Shown: piece by piece, positions 1-7,923 of the stretch
Layout of the letters: each line of letters begins with the position of its first letter
Position numbering within the stretch: the first letter of the stretch is position 1
NCBI GenBank assembly: GCA_964593805.1
Contig: CAZQHP010000001.1
Coordinates: 517,283 to 581,282 of the forward strand
Length of the DNA stretch: 64,000 bases
DNA from: an uncultured Candidatus Saccharibacteria bacterium
GTDB lineage: Bacteria > Patescibacteriota > Saccharimonadia > Saccharimonadales > JBBQAJ01
Direction of reading: 5' to 3'
Position numbers and translations under genes: made by a program
Notes under the pieces: generated by a model
Seen by the model: the letters and a program-made list of their open reading frames with translations, nothing else
What the model was told of the DNA's origin: nothing
Database searches by the model: none

Positions 1-86
1 TTATGTTCGCTATCTTTTTCATGATTATCATCACGGCGGCGGACTTTGTATTGGACAAATTATTTAAACAATTGATACTGAAATAG
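1..86 (+). CDS. secE: SecE translocase subunit, C-terminal fragment (gene begins upstream of the window)
   Basis: Frame 3 reads MFAIFFMIIITAADFVLDKLFKQLILK* (a TM helix, stop TAG 84-86) directly upstream of nusG. The secE-nusG pairing is conserved. Confidence 0.5.
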   Translation, partial: MFAIFFMIIITAADFVLDKLFKQLILK

Positions 87-97
87 GAGTAATTTTT

Positions 98-640
98 ATG
101 GTAAAGCGCTACGACGCCACAAAGCAATGGTACGCCATTCACACCTACAGCGGCTACGAAGAAAAAGTAGCCGAAAGTATCCGCCAGCGTACCGAAAGCC
201 TGGACATGAAAGACAAAATCATCCAGGTACTGGTGCCCAAAGAAAAAATGATTGAAGTCAAAAACGGCAAGCGCAAGGTAGTGGAAAAGCGGATTTTCCA
301 GGGCTACGTGCTGGTCCAGATCAAAATGACCGAAGACGCCTGGTACATCGTGCGTAACACGCCGTCCGTAACAGGCTTTGTGGGCAGTGGCACTGAACCT
401 ACGCCAATTAGCGCTGACGAAATAGACAAAATCATGAAGCGCATGGGCCGTGACGAACCAAAACACAAGATTGATTACAAGATTGGCGAAGTCGTGAATA
501 TAATTGATGGACCGTTCAAAGGTTTTGACGGCAGCATCAACGAAGTAGACCAGACCAAAGGCAAGCTAAAAGTCCTGGTAAACATGTTCGGCCGTGAAAC
601 CCCAGTGGAACTTGACAGCCTTCAAGTTAAAAGAGTTTAA
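98..640 (+). CDS. nusG: Transcription termination/antitermination factor NusG
   Basis: 180 aa. The N-terminal NGN region (WYAIHTYSGYEEKV) and C-terminal KOW region (GEVVNIIDGPFKGFDGSI) are present, and GGAG precedes the ATG. Confidence 0.95.
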   Translation: MVKRYDATKQWYAIHTYSGYEEKVAESIRQRTESLDMKDKIIQVLVPKEKMIEVKNGKRKVVEKRIFQGYVLVQIKMTEDAWYIVRNTPSVTGFVGSGTEPTPISADEIDKIMKRMGRDEPKHKIDYKIGEVVNIIDGPFKGFDGSINEVDQTKGKLKVLVNMFGRETPVELDSLQVKRV

Positions 641-642
641 CA

Positions 643-948
643 ATGTTTGAAATTGATCAAGTTTGTCATGCCATTGAGTCTTGGCAGCCCTACGAGACTA
701 CCGATGCAGTATCAGACTTGTACTATCGGGTCGTTGACCTAGCGACCAAACCAAGTCCAACAGCTGATGATTTCAGACGATTAGGGATTGCCCGACTCGA
801 TTTGTCTCTCGAAGAAGATGATATTACTAAATGCGTTGAGTCGAGAGACGATTGGTATAGAGAAGGAAGTCTGGTTGTGGCGTTTTTCAGTTCACTCAGT
901 CAAATAGACGAGATAATTGCTGGACAACAGTGGTCGGAGAGAGTATAA
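643..948 (+). CDS. Hypothetical acidic 101-aa protein intercalated between nusG and rplK
   Basis: The ORF starts 2 nt after the nusG stop. I recognise no motif, and the RBS is weak. Confidence 0.4.
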   Translation: MFEIDQVCHAIESWQPYETTDAVSDLYYRVVDLATKPSPTADDFRRLGIARLDLSLEEDDITKCVESRDDWYREGSLVVAFFSSLSQIDEIIAGQQWSERV

Positions 949-983
949 TACAGTAGTTACGCACTCCTAAAGGAGTATTTTTT

Positions 984-1409
984 ATGGCAAAAAAAGTTAC
1001 AGCAAATTTGAAAATGAAAATCAAAGGCGGGCAAGCCTCAGCAGCACCGCCGGTTGGAAGTACCCTCGGCCAATACGGCGTGAATATGATGGATTTCATA
1101 GGTCCGTTCAATGAAGCCACCAAAGACCAGATGGGGCAAGACCTAACTGTACATATTGCAATCTACGAAGACCGCACCATGGATTTTAGAACAGTAGGCG
1201 TACCAACAGATGACCTAATCCGTAAAGCTTTGGGCATCCAAAAGGGTTCCGGCAAACCAAACACTGAAAAAATTTCCAAAAAACTAACAGACGCGCAGTT
1301 GACCGAAATCTCTGAAACTAAAGCAGGCGATATGAACACAGACAACATCCTCGCAGTTAAAAAAATCGTAGCCGGTACCGCCCGCAGCATGGGCGTGGAG
1401 GTTGAATAA
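984..1409 (+). CDS. rplK: 50S ribosomal protein L11
   Basis: 141 aa with the typical L11 N-terminus (KGGQASAAPPVGSTLGQYGVNMMDF). An AAAGGAG RBS is present. Confidence 0.97.
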   Translation: MAKKVTANLKMKIKGGQASAAPPVGSTLGQYGVNMMDFIGPFNEATKDQMGQDLTVHIAIYEDRTMDFRTVGVPTDDLIRKALGIQKGSGKPNTEKISKKLTDAQLTEISETKAGDMNTDNILAVKKIVAGTARSMGVEVE

Positions 1410-1657
1410 TGGCGAGCCCAGAAACCTCCGCCGAAGCATTCCCTCGGCGTTTTGATTTAATTGCGGCCGCCACAAGGCTTGCAGACGCAAGAGACGCACT
1501 TGCATTGGCCAGTCTGGAGAGAATAGAGGCCGAGACAGCGTTTCGGGACAGTTTTTTTGCCCTGCCACACGAAGAGAGACTAGCTGTTACTAGAACGCCA
1601 ATTGTAGACAGGCAACTTGCCGACATCAATAACGGATATCGCTATACGGACAGATAG
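1409..1657 (+). CDS. Hypothetical 82-aa Ala/Arg/Asp-rich protein intercalated between rplK and rplA
   Basis: Its ATG overlaps the rplK stop in a TAATG arrangement, with GGAGG 8 nt upstream. I recognise no family. Confidence 0.4.
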   Translation: MASPETSAEAFPRRFDLIAAATRLADARDALALASLERIEAETAFRDSFFALPHEERLAVTRTPIVDRQLADINNGYRYTDR

Positions 1658-1714
1658 AAAATTAATACGTGGGAGGCCGTAAGAAAGCCGCACGCACCAC
1701 GAAAGGAGTCCTAA

Positions 1715-2677
1715 ATGACAGAAACTAAGACGAAAGCAGTTAAAAAGGCCAAAAAGCCTGTTAAGGAGGCGGAAGATGGGACTATTGAAAAAACTACTCC
1801 GCTTGCGGCTGAAACAGCTGAGGAATCAAAAGTAGCAAAGCCTGCCGCAAAGGCTGGTAAACGTAGCGAAAAGGCGCTCAAAGAAACCGAAGAAAAACAG
1901 GCCAAACAAGAGCGCAAGAGTGTTACGAAAGACACCACGGATGAAAATCCAACCAAAGCCAAACAAAAACCCAAAACTAGAACTGTACTGGAGCGCAAAA
2001 GTAAAAAGTTCCGAAAAGCCGCCGAACAGGTTGAGGCTGGCAAAACCTATAGTCTAAAGGACGCGCTTGAATTAGCGGTCAAAACCAGCCCGGTCAAATT
2101 TGATGCTACCGTTGAGCTGCACGTCCGTTTGGGGATTGACCCGCGCCAAGCCGACCAGAACCTGCGCGACACTATTGTTTTGCCAGCAGGCAGCGGCAAA
2201 TCGGTGCGGGTGGCTGTATTCGCAGATGCCGATCAAGTAGTTGCTGCCAAAAAGGCCGGCGCCGACGTAGCAGCCGCGGATGAGTTTTTGCAACAGCTAG
2301 AAAAGGGTGCGATTGATTTTGACATACTGATCACCACTCCCCAGCAAATGGCAAAATTGGGCAAATACGCCCGTTTGCTAGGCCCCAAAGGCCTGATGCC
2401 AAATCCCAAAAGCGGTACGGTAACCACAGACATCGCTAAAGCAGTAGCCGAAGCCAAAACCGGACGGGTTGAATACCGGGTGGACAGCACCGGAATTGTG
2501 CACGTAGGAATTGGCAAAGTCAGTTTTGGGGCTGACAAATTGCTCCAAAACGGCCAAGCACTGCTAAGTAGCATCAAAAACAACCGCCCCGCCAGCCTAA
2601 AAACTACTTATGTGAAGTCAATTTTTGCCACAACCAGCATGGGCCCAAGTATTTCTGTGGAAATAACAGAAATATAA
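1715..2677 (+). CDS. rplA: 50S ribosomal protein L1 with a ~90-aa Lys/Glu/Ala-rich N-terminal extension
   Basis: 320 aa. The canonical L1 core begins near [30 protein letters not shown] strong AAAGGAG RBS precedes the ATG at 1715, and I see no in-frame ATG/GTG/TTG start near the canonical L1 N-terminus. Confidence 0.93.
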   Translation: MTETKTKAVKKAKKPVKEAEDGTIEKTTPLAAETAEESKVAKPAAKAGKRSEKALKETEEKQAKQERKSVTKDTTDENPTKAKQKPKTRTVLERKSKKFRKAAEQVEAGKTYSLKDALELAVKTSPVKFDATVELHVRLGIDPRQADQNLRDTIVLPAGSGKSVRVAVFADADQVVAAKKAGADVAAADEFLQQLEKGAIDFDILITTPQQMAKLGKYARLLGPKGLMPNPKSGTVTTDIAKAVAEAKTGRVEYRVDSTGIVHVGIGKVSFGADKLLQNGQALLSSIKNNRPASLKTTYVKSIFATTSMGPSISVEITEI

Positions 2678-2803
2678 TTTTCAAACCCTCAATTTTCAGA
2701 TGCCGAGGCTAGAAGTTTGATATTTGAAAATTGAAAATTATACCTGCGCATTCAGAATGTATTTAGCTTTAAGCATCAGCGTTTTCTCTGGTACAATACC
2801 CTT

Positions 2804-3559
2804 ATGATTATTTTAGGCATGACCGGACCGATTGGCCACGGCAAGACAACTTTTGCCGAAACCCTAACCGAGCTGGAACCTTCTACGGTGCACTTTGAGT
2901 CTTCGCTTATAATCGCGGAAGTCGGCAATGCGATGCAGGCGGCTTTAACGGACATACCGGACCCGTACAACGTGGAACGGCTAAATAATTGGTTGCGCAC
3001 CCTGCCGGCAATATTACTGGAAGTAACCCACGTGCATTGCACGTTTGAACAGGTAAAGTTAGACCAACTTTCCATGGAAGAACACCCGATTGAGTTTCAA
3101 AAACTAATCCTGCACGTTGAAAACCTGCAGCGCAAACCGGAACTTATGCGGCAGCAAATTACCAAAGAAAACAAAGAAAGCTACCGGCCGTTTTTGCAAT
3201 GGCTGGGCGGTTATTTGGTGCAGCGCATAGACAGCGGCATCTGGTATAACGAAATTGTGCGGCGCATCCGTCAGGCTAGTTCCGCCGGCGCCCAGCTGTG
3301 CATTGTGGGCGGTTTGCGCTACCCTACAGACGCGGCTATTTTGCGGGGAGCAGGCGCTTTAATTATCAAAGTCTATCGCCCGGGCCATTTGCAAAGCGAT
3401 TTGATGGATCCGACGGAGCGAGAACGGCAGAACATACAAGTAGACTGTACTATCATGAGCAACGGCACATTGGCGGACGTAAAACGGTTGGCACCTTTGT
3501 TTTATGCGGATCTAAAGGCCAACAAACTGAACGCTATTTACAGAACCGCTACAGTGTAA
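2804..3559 (+). CDS. P-loop NTPase/kinase (dNMP-kinase or dephospho-CoA-kinase-like)
   Basis: 251 aa with a Walker A motif at the extreme N-terminus (GMTGPIGHGKTT). It lies immediately upstream of dcd and tmk-thyX. Confidence 0.55.
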   Translation: MIILGMTGPIGHGKTTFAETLTELEPSTVHFESSLIIAEVGNAMQAALTDIPDPYNVERLNNWLRTLPAILLEVTHVHCTFEQVKLDQLSMEEHPIEFQKLILHVENLQRKPELMRQQITKENKESYRPFLQWLGGYLVQRIDSGIWYNEIVRRIRQASSAGAQLCIVGGLRYPTDAAILRGAGALIIKVYRPGHLQSDLMDPTERERQNIQVDCTIMSNGTLADVKRLAPLFYADLKANKLNAIYRTATV

Positions 3560-3646
3560 ACCATAAACAATTTGTTGTAAGACAATAATACAACAGTAAA
3601 GTCTAGTACTAGCCTGTTCTCACCCGTACAATAGGAGTGAGGATTT

Positions 3647-4348
3647 ATGTCGGTTTATAGCAATATCCAAATCAAAGACGCCATCAAGCGGGGACACATA
3701 GTCTTTCATCCTTACGCCGAGCCAAACATCGCTGGCAGTAGCATAGACGTGACGCTCGGCGAATGGTTTTACCGCACGGAGCGCCCCAGCGAGGGTGGTT
3801 TTTATAACCCGTTTGATCCGGATGCCGTCCAGAAATACTTTGGTGAACCCCTAAAAGCCGAAATACACGCCGAATGGGCGGAAAAACACGGCCGCAAACT
3901 GTTTGCAAACATACCGCCCGGCCACCCAATCATCGTGCTTCGCCCCAAAGAACGCATTTTGGGCCACACCCACGAATTTATAGGCATCAAAGCACCGGGG
4001 ACCAGCACCATGCAGGCCCGCAGTACCTGGGGAAGGAATGGCGTAGCCGTTTGTTTGGACGCCGGCTGGGGAGATCCTGGCTACATAAACCGCTGGACTA
4101 TGGAAATCTACAACATGAACGAGCACGAAAGCGTGGTTTTACCGGTAGGGGAGCGGATTGCGCAGATGGTGTTTTACGAAACTGGCCCGGTTGACAGCGA
4201 GTACAAAAAGCTCAGCGGCAAATATCAGTCGGCCGAAAGTGCCGACCTGCCGTCTATTATCGCAAATTGGCAGCCCGAACAAATGCTGCCGCGCGCCTAC
4301 AAAGACACGCGGAAACTACCGGAGCAGATCAAAGGTTTAAAAGCATGA
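3647..4348 (+). CDS. dcd: dCTP deaminase / dUTPase-superfamily protein
   Basis: 233 aa with a Dcd-like N-terminus (IKDAIKRGHIVFHPYAEPNIAGSSIDVTLG). The RBS is AGGAGTGAGG. Confidence 0.8.
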   Translation: MSVYSNIQIKDAIKRGHIVFHPYAEPNIAGSSIDVTLGEWFYRTERPSEGGFYNPFDPDAVQKYFGEPLKAEIHAEWAEKHGRKLFANIPPGHPIIVLRPKERILGHTHEFIGIKAPGTSTMQARSTWGRNGVAVCLDAGWGDPGYINRWTMEIYNMNEHESVVLPVGERIAQMVFYETGPVDSEYKKLSGKYQSAESADLPSIIANWQPEQMLPRAYKDTRKLPEQIKGLKA

Positions 4349-6714
4349 TGGGCAAGGACAGGCCCGTGGGCACAGGCACGTTTCTAGCCATAGAAGGCAC
4401 CGACGGCTCAGGCAAAGGCACCCAGTTTGCCAAGCTGGAGCAGCGGCTCAAAGGCGAGGGCTACGATGTCGCGACCTTTGATTTTCCTCGCTACGACGAG
4501 CCTTCGTCTTACTTTGTAAAACAATATTTGAACGGCCAATACGGTACCGCCGAACAGGTCGGACCGTATACTGGGTCGCTATTTTACGCGCTTGACCGCT
4601 ACCAGGCCGCCGAACAGATAAGACAGGCGCTGAGTGATGGCAAAATAGTTATCGCCAATCGTTTCACTGGCAGCAATATGGCGCACCAAGGCACCAAATT
4701 CAGGCATGCTGAGGAAAGGCGCGGGTTTTTCATATGGCTGGACAATCTGGAATTTGAAATGCTCAAAATCCCGCGGCCGGACCGGTCAATTGTTTTACGG
4801 GTACCGGCAGAAATTGCCCAAAAACTAGTTGACCAAAAGCAAACGCGCAGCTACACGGACAAAAAACGCGATTTGCACGAAGCTGACCTGGCTCACATGG
4901 AACAAGCCGTGGAAGTATATGATGACCTGTGCCAGCTGTTTCCAAAAGACTTTACCCGTCTCGACTGTGTGCGTGATGGCAAATTAATGGGTGTTGATGC
5001 CGTTGCCAAACTTCTGTGGCAGTCGGTCGAACCGCACCTGCCACCAAAGCCGAAGGGTGGAGGGCCCAGAGCAGACAACAGAGTCGCGGAGACCAAAGTC
5101 GAAAACCCAAAGACAAATGTCCAAAAAACAGACAATCCATATATTGAAAAAACCGCGACCGGCTACCAAGTAACCCCCGCAGGGCAGACATTTTTGGATC
5201 TGAGCGTTACCAATAGCCAGGACGACGTCTACGCCTTTAGCGAAAAACTCAGCCCGACCACCATTGCCGCCGCCATGGCGCGCCTGTCCCGCCGCGGTGA
5301 TGATATGCGTGTTACGCTTTTGGACGAATTCGCACATGCTATGGGCAAAGACCAAAAACTGCTACAACGCGTTATTTCAGCCTACGGCGACGATTCTGTC
5401 CAGCAGCTGGTCGGCCAGCACGTCGTGGTAGAAAACGCCAGTAATTTGCTAACCAAAAAGCTTGAATGGGGCCGTTTGGCCGCTTATTTGGAGCAATCCA
5501 CCCGCTATATATACTTTGATAAAAAAGATGAAAACGGCAAGTACAAATACTTCACGCCGAAACATTTTGACTCAAAAACCGCCAAAACCTATGAAACGGC
5601 TATGGATCAGATATTTGACCTGTATTCAGACATGGTTCACAAACTTACCACGTACGTGCGCGATAAATCTGACGTGCCAAAAGCCGAACAAGACATAGCC
5701 TGGCAAGGTGCCACGCGCGCTCAAGCCTGCGACGCCATACGCGCGGTTTTGCCTGTGGCTACCAAAGCAACCGTAGGTATTTATGCCTCGGGACAAGCTC
5801 TGGAAAGCCTAATTATGCACCTGATGGCGGACGATTTGCCCGAAGCCGTTCATGTAGGCAAACAGCTGCTTGCAGAAGCCCGCAAAGTCATACCCACGTT
5901 TTTAGAGCGAGCCGATAAACCAGAGCGCGGCGGCGCTACTATTGCTTACAGCGCCAATACTCGGCACGCTGTAAAAGAGCTTGCTGGCAAGTATTTGCCA
6001 GACAACCACGCCAGCACCGCGGACGAAGTACAACTGGTGTCTTATTGGCCCCGCAACGAACTGGATCTGGTTCCAGATATGCTGTATGAACACAGCAGCT
6101 TGCCGCTCAAAGATTTGCAAACCCAAACGGCCAAATGGTCGATTGCCAAAAAAGAGGAAGTTTTTTCAGCTTACGTTGGCGAAAGATTAAACCGCCGGCA
6201 CAAGCCGGGCAGAGCCATAGAAAAAGCGCACTACAGCTGGGATTTGGTGTGCGACTACGGGATTTTTCGCGACCTCCAGCGGCACCGCATGGTGGACGAC
6301 ATGAACTGGCAGCTTTTGACTCCGCGCTACGGCTATGAAGTGCCCAAGCTTGTTGAAGACGCTCAGTTGGCTGAAATGTTTGAAAAGTGTTTCGACCTAA
6401 GCCTAGAGTTGTACAGCGCTCTTCAGGCGGCTGGCTACGCGCTGGAGGCCCAGTACGCCACCCTGCTGGGGCACCGCATGCGCTGGAAAGTTACCTATAA
6501 TGCCCGCGAAGCTTTTCATTTCCATGAACTCCGAACCAGTCCGCAGGGTCACCCGGGATACCGTAAATTGGTACTTCAAATGCACGAAAAACTTGCCGAG
6601 GTGCACCCCATGATGAGTGAGGCCATGAAGTTCGTAAATCAAGACGAAGACCCGGAACTGACCCGCCTAGCCGCCGAACGCGCCACCCAGTTCAAGCTCC
6701 AGCAGCTAGATTAA
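4345..6714 (+). CDS. tmk-thyX: Fusion protein: thymidylate kinase (N-terminal) plus long-form flavin-dependent thymidylate synthase ThyX (C-terminal)
   Basis: The Tmk region contains FLAIEGTDGSGKGTQ and DRY. The C-terminal ~530 aa carries ThyX-type motifs (FRDLQRHRM, FHFHELRTSPQGHPGYRKL). The ATG at 4345 overlaps the dcd stop as ATGA, so the upstream ORF extension from 4267 was rejected. Confidence 0.8.
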   Translation: MMGKDRPVGTGTFLAIEGTDGSGKGTQFAKLEQRLKGEGYDVATFDFPRYDEPSSYFVKQYLNGQYGTAEQVGPYTGSLFYALDRYQAAEQIRQALSDGKIVIANRFTGSNMAHQGTKFRHAEERRGFFIWLDNLEFEMLKIPRPDRSIVLRVPAEIAQKLVDQKQTRSYTDKKRDLHEADLAHMEQAVEVYDDLCQLFPKDFTRLDCVRDGKLMGVDAVAKLLWQSVEPHLPPKPKGGGPRADNRVAETKVENPKTNVQKTDNPYIEKTATGYQVTPAGQTFLDLSVTNSQDDVYAFSEKLSPTTIAAAMARLSRRGDDMRVTLLDEFAHAMGKDQKLLQRVISAYGDDSVQQLVGQHVVVENASNLLTKKLEWGRLAAYLEQSTRYIYFDKKDENGKYKYFTPKHFDSKTAKTYETAMDQIFDLYSDMVHKLTTYVRDKSDVPKAEQDIAWQGATRAQACDAIRAVLPVATKATVGIYASGQALESLIMHLMADDLPEAVHVGKQLLAEARKVIPTFLERADKPERGGATIAYSANTRHAVKELAGKYLPDNHASTADEVQLVSYWPRNELDLVPDMLYEHSSLPLKDLQTQTAKWSIAKKEEVFSAYVGERLNRRHKPGRAIEKAHYSWDLVCDYGIFRDLQRHRMVDDMNWQLLTPRYGYEVPKLVEDAQLAEMFEKCFDLSLELYSALQAAGYALEAQYATLLGHRMRWKVTYNAREAFHFHELRTSPQGHPGYRKLVLQMHEKLAEVHPMMSEAMKFVNQDEDPELTRLAAERATQFKLQQLD

Positions 6715-6721
6715 CTTGGGT

Positions 6722-7153
6722 TCAGAAAATCACCGGGGCAGGAGACCCCAACTCTACAGCCGCATACCAAGCTAACTGCAGCTCTCCGGCAGCATCGCTC
6801 ACGCCTTTGCCGTAGAGTGCTGCTCTGCCCGCAACGGCCTGTAGCTGTGTCGCTTCAGTAAGCGGCATGAACTCTACTCCGACTAATGCTCGGAATGTAT
6901 CGTGCACTGTTTGGTGATACTCGTTCATATCGCGGTTGACAGAGTTAAATACAAAATGCCAAAGAAGTGGATTCTCGGCAGGCGAATCGCCAAAAAGCTT
7001 AAACTGGGCGTGCATCTTTTCTGCCCAACTCGTTGCATGCATGACTGGATTTTGGCGTATTTCTTGAGCCGACAACACGTGCACACGATGATCCGCACGT
7101 TCGTATTCTACGACTTTTTCTACGGCTGAACGTCTTTTTTGATTTATTGTCAT
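6722..7153 (-). CDS. Hypothetical protein
   Basis: The 162-aa ORF opens with TTG at 7210. The first ATG (MTINQKRR) at 7153 was chosen as the start. No motif was recognised. Confidence 0.4.
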   Translation of the reverse strand: MTINQKRRSAVEKVVEYERADHRVHVLSAQEIRQNPVMHATSWAEKMHAQFKLFGDSPAENPLLWHFVFNSVNRDMNEYHQTVHDTFRALVGVEFMPLTEATQLQAVAGRAALYGKGVSDAAGELQLAWYAAVELGSPAPVIF

Positions 7154-7203
7154 ATTTATCTCGCTGGTGTTTCTATAATTTGTTATACGCTTACGTTTAG
7201 GGC

Positions 7204-7377
7204 TTGTCAATAATGTTTTTTAGGTGTATGTTTATCAATTATGGGTACTCGACCAAAGCACAGTTTGCAACTCCTCCTCGGCCTTACAGGGCTGTGCTTC
7301 ACAATGGTTGAAGCCTGATCCGCCGCGGCGGACATTGCACAGCCCCGAGCATCAGGCTTCACCGCCTGATTTTTTTA
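7204..7377 (+). promoter_or_regulatory. Promoter plus ~135-nt structured leader with mutually exclusive terminator/antiterminator (riboswitch or attenuator candidate)
   Basis: The promoter is TTGTCA(7204-7209)-17 nt-TATGTT(7227-7232). A 9-bp helix pairs 7289-7297 with 7337-7345. The terminator pairs 7351-7357 with 7364-7370 and is followed by a T-run. A 10-bp alternative pairing joins 7310-7319 to 7351-7360. Confidence 0.5.
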
Positions 7378-7396
7378 ATATCTTGAGGAGTCTATT

Positions 7397-7615
7397 ATGT
7401 GCAGTGATGGCAGTTGTGTAGAAAGTGCTGAGTTTTTTATGGAAATCAATCCTAATCTTTATGCCGGGGCAATTGGCATTGCTAGCCGCGAAGAAGTGGC
7501 AAAAAAAATAGTCAGCGAAGTTGTGGTTCTTTTGCCATATGACGGGGCAGACGCAAACATGGGCCCGGCAAAAACGGCCGTTTCCACGGACACCAGAGCT
7601 AATTTGATCCCTTGA
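7397..7615 (+). CDS. Hypothetical 72-aa protein downstream of the structured leader
   Basis: A GAGGAG RBS lies 6-7 nt upstream of the ATG. No motif was recognised. Confidence 0.45.
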   Translation: MCSDGSCVESAEFFMEINPNLYAGAIGIASREEVAKKIVSEVVVLLPYDGADANMGPAKTAVSTDTRANLIP

Positions 7616-7640
7616 CCGCAAGAGTCTACTCTGGTAGAAT
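7612..7640 (+). promoter_or_regulatory. Sigma-70-type promoter of the rplJL operon
   Basis: TTGACC(7612-7617)-17 nt-TAGAAT(7635-7640). Confidence 0.6.
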
Positions 7641-7742
7641 CATCTCGTTACCAAAGACAGCGACGATCCGCCTAGGCGGACTTGATAATGTCGCCGAGGT
7701 GCAAGCCGACAATTTGTTTTTGTTTGTGAGCATGTTTTTAAG

Positions 7743-7766
7743 CCCCTGGTAACACCAGGGGTTTTT
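7743..7766 (+). terminator. Intrinsic terminator/attenuator inside the rplJ leader
   Basis: cccctggt/accagggg forms an 8-bp stem with a 3-nt loop, followed by TTTTT. Confidence 0.65.
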
Positions 7767-7794
7767 GGTACTAAACAACTTGTACGGTCGAAGC

Positions 7795-7906
7795 AAGTTG
7801 AATGATCAATAATCAAGTGTCAATGGTCAATGAATGTAGAAATGGTTTAATCATTTAATGCATTGACAATTCATTGAACAATGAGCATTGACGCATTGAA
7901 CATTAA
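7795..7906 (+). repeat. CATTGA-rich intergenic element, copy A (upstream of rplJ)
   Basis: It holds tandem imperfect CATTGA(A/C) units. The 3' part, ttcattgaacaatgagcattgacgcattgaacatta, is homologous to 20295-20357. Confidence 0.7.
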
Positions 7907-7923
7907 CCTCCAGAGGAGGACAG

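Larger units (their letters stand above)
7641..7923 (+). promoter_or_regulatory. rplJ 5' leader (L10-leader-type autoregulatory region, position-based call)
   Basis: A ~280-nt untranslated region separates the promoter from rplJ. It contains hairpins and an intrinsic terminator at 7743-7766. Its identity as the Rfam L10 leader was not verified. Confidence 0.45.

Noticed and set aside
1658-1714. The hairpin cgtgggaggccgtaagaaagccgcacg before rplA might be an L1-binding autoregulatory mimic of the 23S L1 stalk.
   Set aside because: The suggestion rests on position and a short hairpin only. I cannot verify similarity to the L1 rRNA site without an alignment, so it is mentioned under the nusG-rplA finding but not called as a feature.
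4267-4344. The tmk-thyX ORF has a 26-codon N-terminal extension overlapping the dcd 3' end.
   Set aside because: The extension is Arg/Ala-rich out-of-frame dcd sequence. The ATG at 4345 gives a canonical ATGA stop/start overlap and places the Tmk P-loop at the normal distance from the N-terminus.
7238-7377. The structured RNA might be SRP (4.5S) RNA, 6S RNA or a known riboswitch class (ZTP, fluoride, preQ1, guanidine).
   Set aside because: It lacks the conserved SRP domain-IV sequence (GGAAGCAGCC-type). I could not find the diagnostic cores of the riboswitch classes I can recall. It is kept only as an unclassified attenuator candidate.
7352-7621. An 89-aa minus-strand ORF overlaps the leader terminator and the 72-aa ORF.
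   Set aside because: It has no RBS, it runs antisense through a terminator hairpin and a plus-strand ORF that has a good RBS, and its translation is low in complexity.
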